A DNA stretch of 64,000 bases, from NCBI GenBank assembly GCA_043228905.1, contig JBHGNT010000035.1, forward strand, positions 223,327 to 287,326, read 5' to 3'. Positions within the stretch are counted from its first letter, which is position 1, and each line of letters begins with the position of its first letter. Below the pieces are notes generated by a model, which had not been told where the DNA came from, did no database searches, and was given only the letters and a program-made list of their open reading frames with translations. The stretch comes from Azolla caroliniana (Eukaryota; Plantae; Polypodiophyta). Position numbers and translations under genes: made by a program. Positions 39,951 through 54,100 of this stretch are shown in pieces.

Positions 39951-42900
39951 CCAGATATGAACATTTTAATTTACCTACTTACTCTTGTCAACTCCTGCCT
40001 CAAATTTGCTAATTTCTTCATGTCTCTCGACTTGAGTGTCGAAATCTTGATTTTTTAATTCCATATCATAGCAAGCGTTGTTAGCTTCAATTCGCATGTT
40101 TGAACACAGAAATCCGATATCACACGAGCTAGATATGAACATTTTAATTTACCTACTTGCTCTTGTCAACTCCCACCTCAAATTTGCTAATTTCTTCATG
40201 TCGCTCGACCTGATTTTTAAAATCTTGATTTTTTAATTCCATATCATAGCTAGCGTTGTTAGCTTCAATTCGCATGTTTGAACATAGAAATCCGATATCA
40301 CACGAGCCAGATATGAACATTTTAATTTACCTACTTGCTCTTGTCAACTCCCACCTCCAATTTGCTAATTTCTTCATGTCGCTCGACCTGATTTTTAAAA
40401 CCTTGATTTTTTAATTCCATATCATAGCTAGCGTTGTTAGCTACGATTCGCAGGTTTGAACACAAAAATCCGATATCACACGAGCCAGATATGAACATTT
40501 TAATTTACCTACTTACTCTTGTCAACTCCTGCCTCAAATTTGCTAATTTCTTCATGTCTCTCGACTTGAGTGTCCAGATCTTGATTTTTTAATTCCATAT
40601 CATAGCAAGCGTTGTTAGCTTCAATTCGCATGTTTGAACACAGAAATACGATATCACACGAGCCAGATATGAACATTTTAATTTACCTACTTGCTCTTGT
40701 CAACTCCCACCTCAAATTTGCTAATTTCTTCATGTCGCTCGACCTGAGTTTTAAAATCTTGATTTTTTAATTCCATATCATAGCTAGCGTTGTTAGCTTC
40801 GATTCGCATGTTTGAACACAGAAATCCGATATCACACGAGCTAGATATGAACATTTTAATTTACCTACTTGCTCTTGTCAACTCCCACCTCAAATTTGCT
40901 AATTTCTTCATGTCGCTGGACCTGATTTTTAAAATCTTGATTTTTTAATTCCATATCATAGCTAGCGTTGTTAGCTTCAATTCGCATGTTTGAACACAGA
41001 AATACGATATCACACGAGCCAGATATGAACATTTTAATTTACCTACTTGCTCTTGTCAACTCCCACCTCAAATTTGCTAATTTCTTCATGTCGCTCGACC
41101 TGAGTTTTAAAATCTTGATTTTTTAATTCCATATCATAGCTAGCGTTGTTAGCTTCAATTCGCATGTTTGAACACAGAAATCCGATATCACACGAGCTAG
41201 ATATGAACATTTTAATTTACCTACTTGCTCTTGTCAACTCCCACCTCAAATTTGCTAATTTCTTCATGTCGCTGGACCTGATTTTTAAAATTTTGATTTT
41301 TTAATTCCGTATCATAGCTAGCGTAGTTAGCTTCGATTCGCATGTTTGAACACAAAAATCCGATATCACACGAGCCAGATATGAACATTTTAATTTACCT
41401 ACTTACTCTTGTCAACTCCCACCTCAAATTTGCTAATTTCTTCATGTCGCTCGACCTGATTTTTAAAATTTTGATTTTTTAATTCCATATCATAGCTAGC
41501 GTTGTTAGCTTCAATTCGCATGTTTGAACACAGAAATCCGATATCACACGAGCTAGATATGAACATTTTAATTTACCTACTTGCTCTTGTCAACTCCCAC
41601 CTCAAATTTGCTAATTTCTTCATGTCGCTGGACCTGATTTTTAAAATCTTGATTTTTTAATTCCATATCATAGCTAGCGTTGTTAGCTTCAATTCGCATG
41701 TTTGAACACAGAAATACGATATCACACGAGCCAGATATGAACATTTTAATTTACCTACTTGCTCTTGTCAACTCCCACCTCAAATTTGCTAATTTCTTCA
41801 TGTCGCTCGACCTGAGTTTTAAAATCTTGATTTTTTAATTCCATATCATAGCTAGCGTTGTTAGCTTCGATTCGCATGTTTGAACACAGAAATCCGATAT
41901 CACACGAGCCAGATATGAACATTTTAATTTACCTACTTACTCTTGTCAACTCCTACCTCAAATTTGCTAATTTCTTCATGTCTCTCGACGTGAGTGTCCA
42001 AATCTTTATTTTTTAATTCCATATCATAGCAAGCGTTGTTAGCTTCAATTCGCATGTTTGAACACAGAAATCCGATATCACACGAGCTAGATATGAACAT
42101 TTTAATTTACCTACTTGCTCTTGTCAACTCCCACCTCAAATTTGCTAATTTCTTCATGTCGCTCGACCTGATTTTTAAAATCTTGATTTTTTAATTCCAT
42201 ATCATAGCTAGCGTTGTTAGCTTCAATTCGCATGTTTGAACACAGAAATCCGATATCACACGAGCCAGATATGAACATTTTAATTTACCTACTTGCTCTT
42301 GTCAACTCTCACCTCAAATTTGCTAATTTCTTCATGTCTCTCGACGTGGGTTTCAAAATCTTGACTTTTTATTTCCATATCATAGCAAGCGTTGTTAGCT
42401 TCAATTCGCATGTTTGAACACAGAAATCCGATATCACACGAGCCAGATATGAACATTTTAATTTACCTAGTTGCTCTTGTCAACTCCCACCTCAAATTTG
42501 CTAATTTCTTCATGTCGCTCGACCGGATTTTTAAATTCTTGATTTTTTAATTCCATCTCATAGCTAGCGTTGTTAGCTTTAATTCGCATGTTTGAACACA
42601 AAAATCCGATATCACACGAGCCAGATATGAACATTTTAATTTACCTACTTACTCTTGTCAACTCCTGCCTCAAATTTGCTAATTTCTTCATGTCTCTCGA
42701 CTTGAGTGTCGAAATCTTGATTTTTTAATTCCATATCATAGCAAGCGTTGTTAGCTTCAATTCGCATGTTTGAACACAGAAATCCGATATCACACGAGCT
42801 AGATATGAACATTTTAATTTACCTACTTGCTCTTGTCAACTCCCACCTCAAATTTGCTAATTTCTTCATGTCGCTCGACCTGATTTTTAAAATCTTGATT

Positions 42901-45900
42901 TTTTAATTCCATATCATAGCTAGCGTTGTTAGCTTCAATTCGCATGTTTGAACATAGAAATCCGATATCACACGAGCCAGATATGAACATTTTAATTTAC
43001 CTACTTGCTCTTGTCAACTCCCACCTCCAATTTGCTAATTTCTTCATGTCGCTCGACCTGATTTTTAAAACCTTGATTTTTTAATTCCATATCATAGCTA
43101 GCGTTGTTAGCTACGATTCGCAGGTTTGAACACAAAAATCCGATATCACACGAGCCAGATATGAACATTTTAATTTACCTACTTACTCTTGTCAACTCCT
43201 GCCTCAAATTTGCTAATTTCTTCATGTCTCTCGACTTGAGTGTCCAGATCTTGATTTTTTAATTCCATATCATAGCAAGCGTTGTTAGCTTCAATTCGCA
43301 TGTTTGAACACAGAAATACGATATCACACGAGCCAGATATGAACATTTTAATTTACCTACTTGCTCTTGTCAACTCCCACCTCAAATTTGCTAATTTCTT
43401 CATGTCGCTCGACCTGAGTTTTAAAATCTTGATTTTTTAATTCCATATCATAGCTAGCGTTGTTAGCTTCGATTCGCATGTTTGAACACAGAAATCCGAT
43501 ATCACACGAGCTAGATATGAACATTTTAATTTACCTACTTGCTCTTGTCAACTCCCACCTCAAATTTGCTAATTTCTTCATGTCGCTGGACCTGATATTT
43601 AAAATCTTGATTTTTTAATTCCATATCATAGCTAGCGTTGTTAGCTTCAATTCGCATGTTTGAACACAGAAATACGATATCACACGAGCCAGATATGAAC
43701 ATTTTAATTTACCTACTTGCTCTTGTCAACTCCCACCTCAAATTTGCTAATTTCTTCATGTCGCTCGACCTGAGTTTTAAAATCTTGATTTTTTAATTCC
43801 ATATCATAGCTAGCGTTGTTAGCTTCAATTCGCATGTTTGAACACAGAAATCCGATATCACACGAGCTAGATATGAACATTTTAATTTACCTACTTGCTC
43901 TTGTCAACTCCCACCTCAAATTTGCTAATTTCTTCATGTCGCTGGACCTGATTTTTAAAATTTTGATTTTTTAATTCCGTATCATAGCTAGCGTAGTTAG
44001 CTTCGATTCGCATGTTTGAACACAAAAATCCGATATCACACGAGCCAGATATGAACATTTTAATTTACCTACTTACTCTTGTCAACTCCTACCTCAAATT
44101 TGCTAATTTCTTCATGTCTCTCGACGTGAGTGTCCAAATCTTTATTTTTTAATTCCATATCATAGCAAGCGTTGTTAGCTTCAATTCGCATGTTTGAACA
44201 CAGAAATCCGATATCACACGAGCTAGATATGAACATTTTAATTTACCTACTTGCTCTTGTCAACTCCCACCTCAAATTTGCTAATTTCTTCATGTCGCTG
44301 GACCTGATTTTTAAAATTTTGATTTTTTAATTCCGTATCATAGCTAGCGTAGTTAGCTTCGATTCGCATGTTTGAACACAAAAATCCGATATCACACGAG
44401 CCAGATATGAACATTTTAATTTACCTACTTACTCTTGTCAACTCCTACCTCAAATTTGCTAATTTCTTCATGTCTCTCGACGTGAGTGTCCAAATCTTTA
44501 TTTTTTAATTCCATATCATAGCAAGCGTTGTTAGCTTCAATTCGCATGTTTGAACACAGAAATCCGATATCACACGAGCTAGATATGAACATTTTAATTT
44601 ACCTACTTGCTCTTGTCAACTCCCACCTCAAATTTGCTAATTTCTTCATGTCGCTCGACCTGATTTTTAAAATCTTGATTTTTTAATTCCATATCATAGC
44701 TAGCGTTGTTAGCTTCAATTCGCATGTTTGAACACAGAAATCCGATATCACACGAGCCAGATATGAACATTTTAATTTACCTACTTGCTCTTGTCAACTC
44801 CCACCTCAAATTTGCTAATTTCTTCATGTCGCTCGACCTGATTCTTAAAATTTTGATTTTTTAATTCCATATCATAGCTAGCGTTGTTAGCTTCGATTCG
44901 CATGTTTGAACACAAAAATCCGATATCACACGAGCCAGATATGAACATTTTAATTTACCTACTTGCTCTTGTCAACTCCCACCTCAAATTTGCTAATTTC
45001 TTCATGTCGCTGGACCTGATTTTTAAAATCTTGATTTTTTAATTCCATATCATAGCTAGCGTTGTTAGCTTCAATTCGCATGTTTGAACACAGAAATACG
45101 ATATCACACGAGCCAGATATGAACATTTTAATTTACCTACTTGCTCTTGTCAACTCCCACCTCAAATTTGCTAATTTCTTCATGTCGCTGGACCTGATTT
45201 TTAAAATTTTGATTTTTTAATTCCATATCATAGCTAGCGTTGTTAGCTTCGATTCGCATGTTTGAACACAAAAATCCGATATCACACGAGCCAGATATGA
45301 ACATTTTAATTTACCTACTTACTCTTGTCAACTCCTACCTCAAATTTGCTAATTTCTTCATGTCTCTCGACGTGAGTGTCCAAATCTTTATTTTTTAATT
45401 CCATATCATAGCAAGCGTTGTTAGCTTCAATTCGCATGTTTGAACACAGAAATCCGATATCACACGAGCCAGATATGAACATTTTAATTTACCTACTTGC
45501 TCTTGTCAACTCCCACCTCAAATTTGCTAATTTCTTCATGTCGCTCGACCTGATTCTTAAAATTTTGATTTTTTAATTCCATATCATAGCTAGCGTTGTT
45601 AGCTTCGATTCGCATGTTTGAACACAAAAATCCGATATCACACGAGCCAGATATGAACATTTTAATTTACTAACGCGTTGTTCTAAACTCCCGCCTCAAA
45701 TTTGCTAATTTCTTCATGTCTCTCGACGTGAGTGTCCAAATTTTGATTTTTTAATTCCATATCATAGCAAGCGTTGTTAGCTTCAATTCGCATGTTTGAA
45801 CACAGAAATCCGATATCACACGAGCCAGATATGAACATTTTAATTTACCTACTTGCTCTTGTCAACTCCCACCTCAAATTTGCTAATTTCTTCATGTCGC

Positions 45901-48900
45901 TCGACCTGATTTTTAAAATCTTGATTTTTTAATTCCATATCATAGCTAGCGTTGTTAGCTTCAATTCGCATGTTTGAACACAGAAATCCGATATCACACG
46001 AGCCAGATATGAACATTTTAATTTACCTACTTGCTCTTGTCAACTCCCACCTCAAATTTGCTAATTTCTTCATGTCGCTCGACCTGATTCTTAAAATTTT
46101 GATTTTTTAATTCCATATGATAGCTAGCGTTGTTAGCTTCGATTCGCATGTTTGAACACAAAAATCCGATATCACACGAGCCAGATATGAACATTTTAAT
46201 TTACTAACGCGTTGTTCTAAACTCCCGCCTCAAATTTGCTAATTTCTTCATGTCTCTCGACGTGAGTGTCCAAATTTTGATTTTTTAATTCCATATCATA
46301 GCAAGCGTTGTTAGCTTCAATTCGCATGTTTGAACACAGAAATCCGATATCACACGAGCCAGATATGAACATTTTAATTTACCTACTTGCTCTTGTCAAC
46401 TCCCACCTCAAATTTGCTAATTTCTTCATGTCGCTCGACCTGATTCTTAAAATCTTTATTTTTTAATTCCATATCATAGCTAGCGTTGTTAGCTTCGATT
46501 CGCATGTTTGAACACAAAAATCCGATATCACACGAGCCAGATATGAACATTTTAATTTACTAACGCGTTGTTCTAAACTCCCGCCTCAAATTTGCTAATT
46601 TCTTCATGTCTCTCGACGTGAGTGTCCAAATTTTGATTTTTTAATTCCATATCATAGCAAGCGTTGTTAGCTTCAATTCGCATATTTGAACACAGAAATC
46701 CGATATCACACGAGCCAGATATGAACATTTTAATTTACCTACTTGCTCTTGTCAACTCCCACCTCAAATTTGCTAATTTCTTCATGTCGCTCGACCTGAT
46801 TTTTAAAATCTTGATTTTTTAATTCCATATCATAGCTAGCGTTGTTAGCTTCAATTCGCATGTTTGAACACAGAAATCCGATATCACACGAGCCAGATAT
46901 GAACATTTTAATTTACCTACTTGCTCTTGTCAACTCCCACCTCAAATTTGCTAATTTCTTCATGTCGCTCGACCTGATTTTTAAAATTTTGATTTTTTAA
47001 TTCCATATCATAGCTAGCGTTGTTAGCTTCAATTCGCATGTTTGAACACAGAAATCCGATATCACACGAGCCAGATATGAACATTTTAATTTACCTACTT
47101 GCTCTTGTCAACTCCCACCTCAAATTTGCTAATTTCTTCATGTCGCTCGACCTGAGTTTTAAAATCTTGATTTTTTAATTCCATATCATAGCTAGCGTTG
47201 TTAGCTTCAATTCGCATGTTTGAACACAGAAATCCGATATCACACGAGCTAGATATGAACATTTTAATTTACCTACTTGCTCTTGTCAACTCCCACCTCA
47301 AATTTGCTAATTTCTTCATGTCGCTGGACCTGATTTTTAAAATTTTGATTTTTTAATTCCATATCATAGCTAGCGTTGTTAGCTTCAATTCGCATGTTTG
47401 AACACAGAAATCCGATATCACACGAGCCAGATATGAACATTTTAATTTACCTACTTGCTCTTGTCAACTCCCACCTCAAATTTGCTAATTTCTTCATGTC
47501 GCTGGACCTGATTTTTAAAATCTTGATTTTTTAATTCCATATCATAGCTAGCGTTGTTAGCTTCAATTCGCATGTTTGAACACAGAAATCCGATATCACA
47601 CGAGCTAGATATGAACATTTTAATTTACCTACTTGCTCTTGTCAACTCCCACCTCAAATTTGCTAATTTCTTCATGTCGCTGGACCTGATTTTTAAAATT
47701 TTGATTTTTTAATTCCATATCATAGCTAGCGTTGTTAGCTTCGATTCGCATGTTTGAACACAAAAATCCGATATCACACGAGCCAGATATGAACATTTTA
47801 ATTTACCTACTTACTCTTGTCAACTCCTACCTCAAATTTGCTAATTTCTTCATGTCTCTCGACGTGAGTGTCCAAATCTTTATTTTTTAATTCCATATCA
47901 TAGCAAGCGTTGTTAGCTTCAATTCGCATGTTTGAACACAGAAATCCGATATCACACGAGCTAGATATGAACATTTTAATTTACCTACTTGCTCTTGTCA
48001 ACTCCCACCTCAAATTTGCTAATTTCTTCATGTCGCTCGACCTGATTCTTAAAATTTTGATTTTTTAATTCCATATCATAGCTAGCGTTGTTAGCTTCGA
48101 TTCGCATGTTTGAACACAAAAATCCGATATCACACGAGCCAGATATGAACATTTTAATTTACTAACGCGTTGTTCTAAACTCCCGCCTCAAATTTGCTAA
48201 TTTCTTCATGTCTCTCGACGTGAGTGTCCAAATTTTGATTTTTTAATTCCATATCATAGCAAGCGTTGTTAGCTTCAATTCGCATGTTTGAACACAGAAA
48301 TCCGATATCACACGAGCCAGATATGAACATTTTAATTTACCTACTTGCTCTTGTCAACTCCCACCTCAAATTTGCTAATTTCTTCATGTCGCTCGACCTG
48401 ATTCTTAAAATTTTGATTTTTTAATTCCATATCATAGCTAGCGTTGTTAGCTTCGATTCGCATGTTTGAACACAAAAATCCGATATCACACGAGCCAGAT
48501 ATGAACATTTTAATTTACTAACGCGTTGTTCTAAACTCCCGCCTCAAATTTGCTAATTTCTTCATGTCTCTCGACGTGAGTGTCCAAATTTTGATTTTTT
48601 AATTCCATATCATAGCAAGCGTTGTTAGCTTCAATTCGCATGTTTGAACACAGAAATCCGATATCACACGAGCCAGATATGAACATTTTAATTTACCTAC
48701 TTGCTCTTGTCAACTCCCACCTCAAATTTGCTAATTTCTTCATGTCGCTCGACCTGATTTTTAAAATCTTGATTTTTTAATTCCATATCATAGCTAGCGT
48801 TGTTAGCTTCAATTCGCATGTTTGAACACAGAAATCCGATATCACACGAGCCAGATATGAACATTTTAATTTACCTACTTGCTCTTGTCAACTCCCACCT

Positions 48901-51163
48901 CAAATTTGCTAATTTCTTCATGTCGCTCGACCTGATTCTTAAAATTTTGATTTTTTAATTCCATATCATAGCTAGCGTTGTTAGCTTCGATTCGCATGTT
49001 TGAACACAAAAATCCGATATCACACGAGCCAGATATGAACATTTTAATTTACTAACGCGTTGTTCTAAACTCCCGCCTCAAATTTGCTAATTTCTTCATG
49101 TCTCTCGACGTGAGTGTCCAAATTTTGATTTTTTAATTCCATATCATAGCAAGCGTTGTTAGCTTCAATTCGCATGTTTGAACACAGAAATCCGATATCA
49201 CACGAGCCAGATATGAACATTTTAATTTACCTACTTGCTCTTGTCAACTCCCACCTCAAATTTGCTAATTTCTTCATGTCGCTCGACCTGAGTTTTAAAA
49301 TCTTGATTTTTTAATTCCATATCATAGCTAGCGTTGTTAGCTTCGATTCGCATGTTTGAACACAGAAATCCGATATCACACGAGCCAGATATGAACATTT
49401 TAATTTACCTACTTGCTCTTGTCAACTCCCACCTCAAATTTGCTAATTTCTTCATGTCGCTCGACCTGATTTTTAAAATTTTGATTTTTTAATTCCATAT
49501 CATAGCTAGCGTTGTTAGCTTCAATTCGCATGTTTGAACACAGAAATCCGATATCACACGAGCCAGATATGAACATTTTAATTTACCTACTTGCTCTTGT
49601 CAACTCCCACCTCAAATTTGCTAATTTCTTCATGTCGCTCGACCTGATTTTTAAAATTTTGATTTTTTAATTCCATATCATAGCTAGCGTTGTTAGCTTC
49701 GATTCGCATGTTTGAACACAAAAATCCGATATCACACGAGCCAGATATGAACATTTTAATTTACTAACGCGTTGTTCTAAACTCCCGCCTCAAATTTGCT
49801 AATTTCTTCATGTCTCTCGACGTGAGTGTCCAAATTTTGATTTTTTAATTCCATATCATAGCAAGCGTTGTTAGCTTCAATTCGCATGTTTGAACACAGA
49901 AATCCGATATCACACGAGCCAGATATGAACATTTTAATTTACCTACTTGCTCTTGTCAACTCCCACCTCAAATTTGCTAATTTCTTCATGTCGCTCGACC
50001 TGAGTTTTAAAATCTTGATTTTTTAATTCCATATCATAGCTAGCGTTGTTAGCTTCCATTCGCATGTTTGAACACAGAAATCCGATATCACACGAGCCAG
50101 ATATGAACATTTTAATTTACCTACTTGCTCTTGTCAACTCCCACCTCAAATTTGCTAATTTCTTCATGTCGCTCGACCTGATTTTTAAAATTTTGATTTT
50201 TTAATTCCATATCATAGCAAGCGTTGTTAGCTTCAATTCGCATGTTTGAACACAGAAATCCGATATCACACGAGCTAGATATGAACATTTTAATTTACCT
50301 ACTTGCTCTTGTCAACTCCCACCTCAAATTTGCTAATTTCTTCATGTCGCTCGACCTGATTCTTAAAATTTTGATTTTTTAATTCCATATCATAGCTAGC
50401 GTTGTTAGCTTCGATTCGCATGTTTGAACACAAAAATCCGATATCACACGAGCCAGATATGAACATTTTAATTTACTAACGCGTTGTTCTAAACTCCCGC
50501 CTCAAATTTGCTAATTTCTTCATGTCTCTCGACGTGAGTGTCCAAATTTTGATTTTTTAATTCCATATCATAGCAAGCGTTGTTAGCTTCAATTCGCATG
50601 TTTGAACACAGAAATCCGATATCACACGAGCCAGATATGAACATTTTAATTTACCTACTTGCTCTTGTCAACTCCCACCTCAAATTTGCTAATTTCTTCA
50701 TGTCGCTCGACCTGAGTTTTAAAATCTTGATTTTTTAATTCCATATCATAGCTAGCGTTGTTAGCTTCGATTCGCATGTTTGAACACAGAAATCCGATAT
50801 CACACGAGCCAGATATGAACATTTTAATTTACCTACTTGCTCTTGTCAACTCCCACCTCAAATTTGCTAATTTCTTCATGTCGCTCGACCTGATTTTTAA
50901 AATTTTGATTTTTTAATTCCATATCATAGCTAGCGTTGTTAGCTTCAATTCGCATGTTTGAACACAGAAATCCGATATCACACGAGCCAGATATGAACAT
51001 TTTAATTTACCTACTTGCTCTTGTCAACTCCCACCTCAAATTTGCTAATTTCTTCATGTCGCTCGACCTGATTTTTAAAATTTTGATTTTTTAATTCCAT
51101 ATCATAGCTAGCGTTGTTAGCTTCGATTCGCATGTTTGAACACAGAAATCCGATATCACACGA

Positions 51164-54100
51164 GCCAGATATGAACATTTTAATTTACCTACTTGCTCTT
51201 GTCAACTCCCACCTCAAATTTGCTAATTTCTTCATGTCGCTCGACCTGATTTTTAAAATTTTGATTTTTTAATTCCATATCATAGCTAGCGTTGTTAGCT
51301 TCGATTCGCACGTTTGAACACAAAAATCCGATATCACACGAGCCAGATATGAACATTTTAATTTACCTACTTACTCTTGTCAACTCCTGCCTCAAATTTG
51401 CTAATTTCTTCATGTCTCTCGACGTGAGTGTTCAAATCTTGATTTTTTAATTCCATATCATAGCAAGCGTTGTTAGCTTCAATTCGCATGTTTGAACACC
51501 GAAATCCGATATCACACGAGCCAGATATGAACATTTTAATTTACCTACTTGCTCTTGTCAACTCCCACCTCAAATTTGCTAATTTCTTCATGTTGTTCGA
51601 CCTGATTTTTAAAACCTTGATTTTTTAATTCCATATCATAGCTAGCGTTGTTAGCTTCGATTCGCATGTTTGAACACAAAAATCCGATATCACACGAGCC
51701 AGATATGAACATTTTAATTTACCTACTTACTCTTGTCAACTCCTGCCTCAAATTAATTCCATATCATAGCTAGCGTTGATAGCTTCAATTCGCATGTTTG
51801 AACACAGAAATCCGATATCACACGAGCCAGATATGAACATTTTAATTTACCTACTTGCTCTTGTCAACTCCCACCTCAAATTTGCTAATTTCTTCATGTC
51901 GCTCGACCTGAGTTTTAAAATATTGATTTTTTAATTCCATATCATAGCTAGCGTTGTTAGCTTCGATTCGCATGTTTGAACACAAAAATCCGATATCACA
52001 CGAGCCAGATATGAACATTTTAATTTACCTACTTACTCTTGTCAACTCCTGCCTCAAATTAATTCCATATCATAGCAAGCGTTGTTAGCTTCAATTCGCA
52101 TGTTTGAACACAGAAATCCGATATCACACGAGCCAGATATGAACATTTTAATTTACCTACTTGCTCTTGTCAACTCCCACCTCAAATTTGCTAATTTCTT
52201 CATGTCGCTCGACCTGAGTTTTAAAATATTGATTTTTTAATTCCATATCATAGCTAGCGTTGTTAGCTTCAATTCGCATGTTTGAACACAGAAATCCGAT
52301 ATCACACGAGCCAGATATGAACATTTTAATTTACCTACTTGCTCTTGTCAACTCCCACCTCAAATTTGCTAATTTCTTCATGTCGCTCGACCTGATTTTT
52401 AAAATTTTGATTTTTTAATTCCATATCATAGCTAGCGTTGTTAGCTTCGATTCGCACGTTTGAACACAAAAATCCGATATCACACGAGCCAGATATGAAC
52501 ATTTTAATTTACCTACTTACTCTTGTCAACTCCTGCCTCAAATTTGCTAATTTCTTCATGTCTCTCGACGTGAGTGTTCAAATCTTGATTTTTTAATTCC
52601 ATATCATAGCAAGCGTTGTTAGCTTCAATTCGCATGTTTGAACACCGAAATCCGATATCACACGAGCCAGATATGAACATTTTAATTTACCTACTTGCTC
52701 TTGTCAACTCCCACCTCAAATTTGCTAATTTCTTCATGTTGTTCGACCTGATTTTTAAAACCTTGATTTTTTAATTCCATATCATAGCTAGCGTTGTTAG
52801 CTTCGATTCGCATGTTTGAACACAAAAATCCGATATCACACGAGCCAGATATGAACATTTTAATTTACCTACTTACTCTTGTCAACTCCTGCCTCAAATT
52901 AATTCCATATCATAGCTAGCGTTGATAGCTTCAATTCGCATGTTTGAACACAGAAATCCGATATCACACGAGCCAGATATGAACATTTTAATTTACCTAC
53001 TTGCTCTTGTCAACTCCCACCTCAAATTTGCTAATTTCTTCATGTCGCTCGACCTGAGTTTTAAAATATTGATTTTTTAATTCCATATCATAGCTAGCGT
53101 TGTTAGCTTCGATTCGCATGTTTGAACACAAAAATCCGATATCACACGAGCCAGATATGAACATTTTAATTTACCTACTTACTCTTGTCAACTCCTGCCT
53201 CAAATTAATTCCATATCATAGCAAGCGTTGTTAGCTTCAATTCGCATGTTTGAACACAGAAATCCGATATCACACGAGCCAGATATGAACATTTTAATTT
53301 ACCTACTTGCTCTTGTCAACTCCCACCTCAAATTTGCTAATTTCTTCATGTCGCTCGACCTGAGTTTTAAAATCTTGATTTTTTAATTCCATATCATAGC
53401 TAGCGTTGTTAGCTTCAATTCGCAAGTTTGAACACAGAAATCCGATATCACACGAGCTAGATATGAACATTTTAATTTACCTACTCGCTCTTGTCAACTC
53501 CCACCTCAAATTTGCTAATTTCTTCATGTCGCTCGACCTGAGTTTTAAAATCTTGATTTTTTAATTCCATATCATAGCTAGCGTTGTTAGCTTCGATTCG
53601 CATGTTTGAACACAAAAATCCGATATCACACGAGCCAGATATGAACATTTTAATTTACCTACTTACTCTTGTCAACTCCTGCCTCAAATTTGCTAATTTC
53701 TTCATGTCTCTCGACGTGAGTGTTCAAATCTTGATTTTTTAATTCCATATCATAGCAAGCGTTGTTAGCTTCAATTCGCATGTTTGAACACCGAAATCCG
53801 ATATCACACGAGCCAGATATGAACATTTTAATTTACGTACTTGCTCTTGTCAACTCCCACCTCAAATTTGCTAATTTCTTCATGTTGTTCGACCTGATTT
53901 TTAAAACCTTGATTTTTTAATTCCATATCATAGCTAGCGTTGTTAGCTTCGATTCGCATGTTTGAACACAAAAATCCGATATCACACGAGCCAGATATGA
54001 ACATTTTAATTTACCTACTTACTCTTGTCAACTCCTGCCTCAAATTAATTCCATATCATAGCTAGCGTTGATAGCTTCAATTCGCATGTTTGAACACAGA

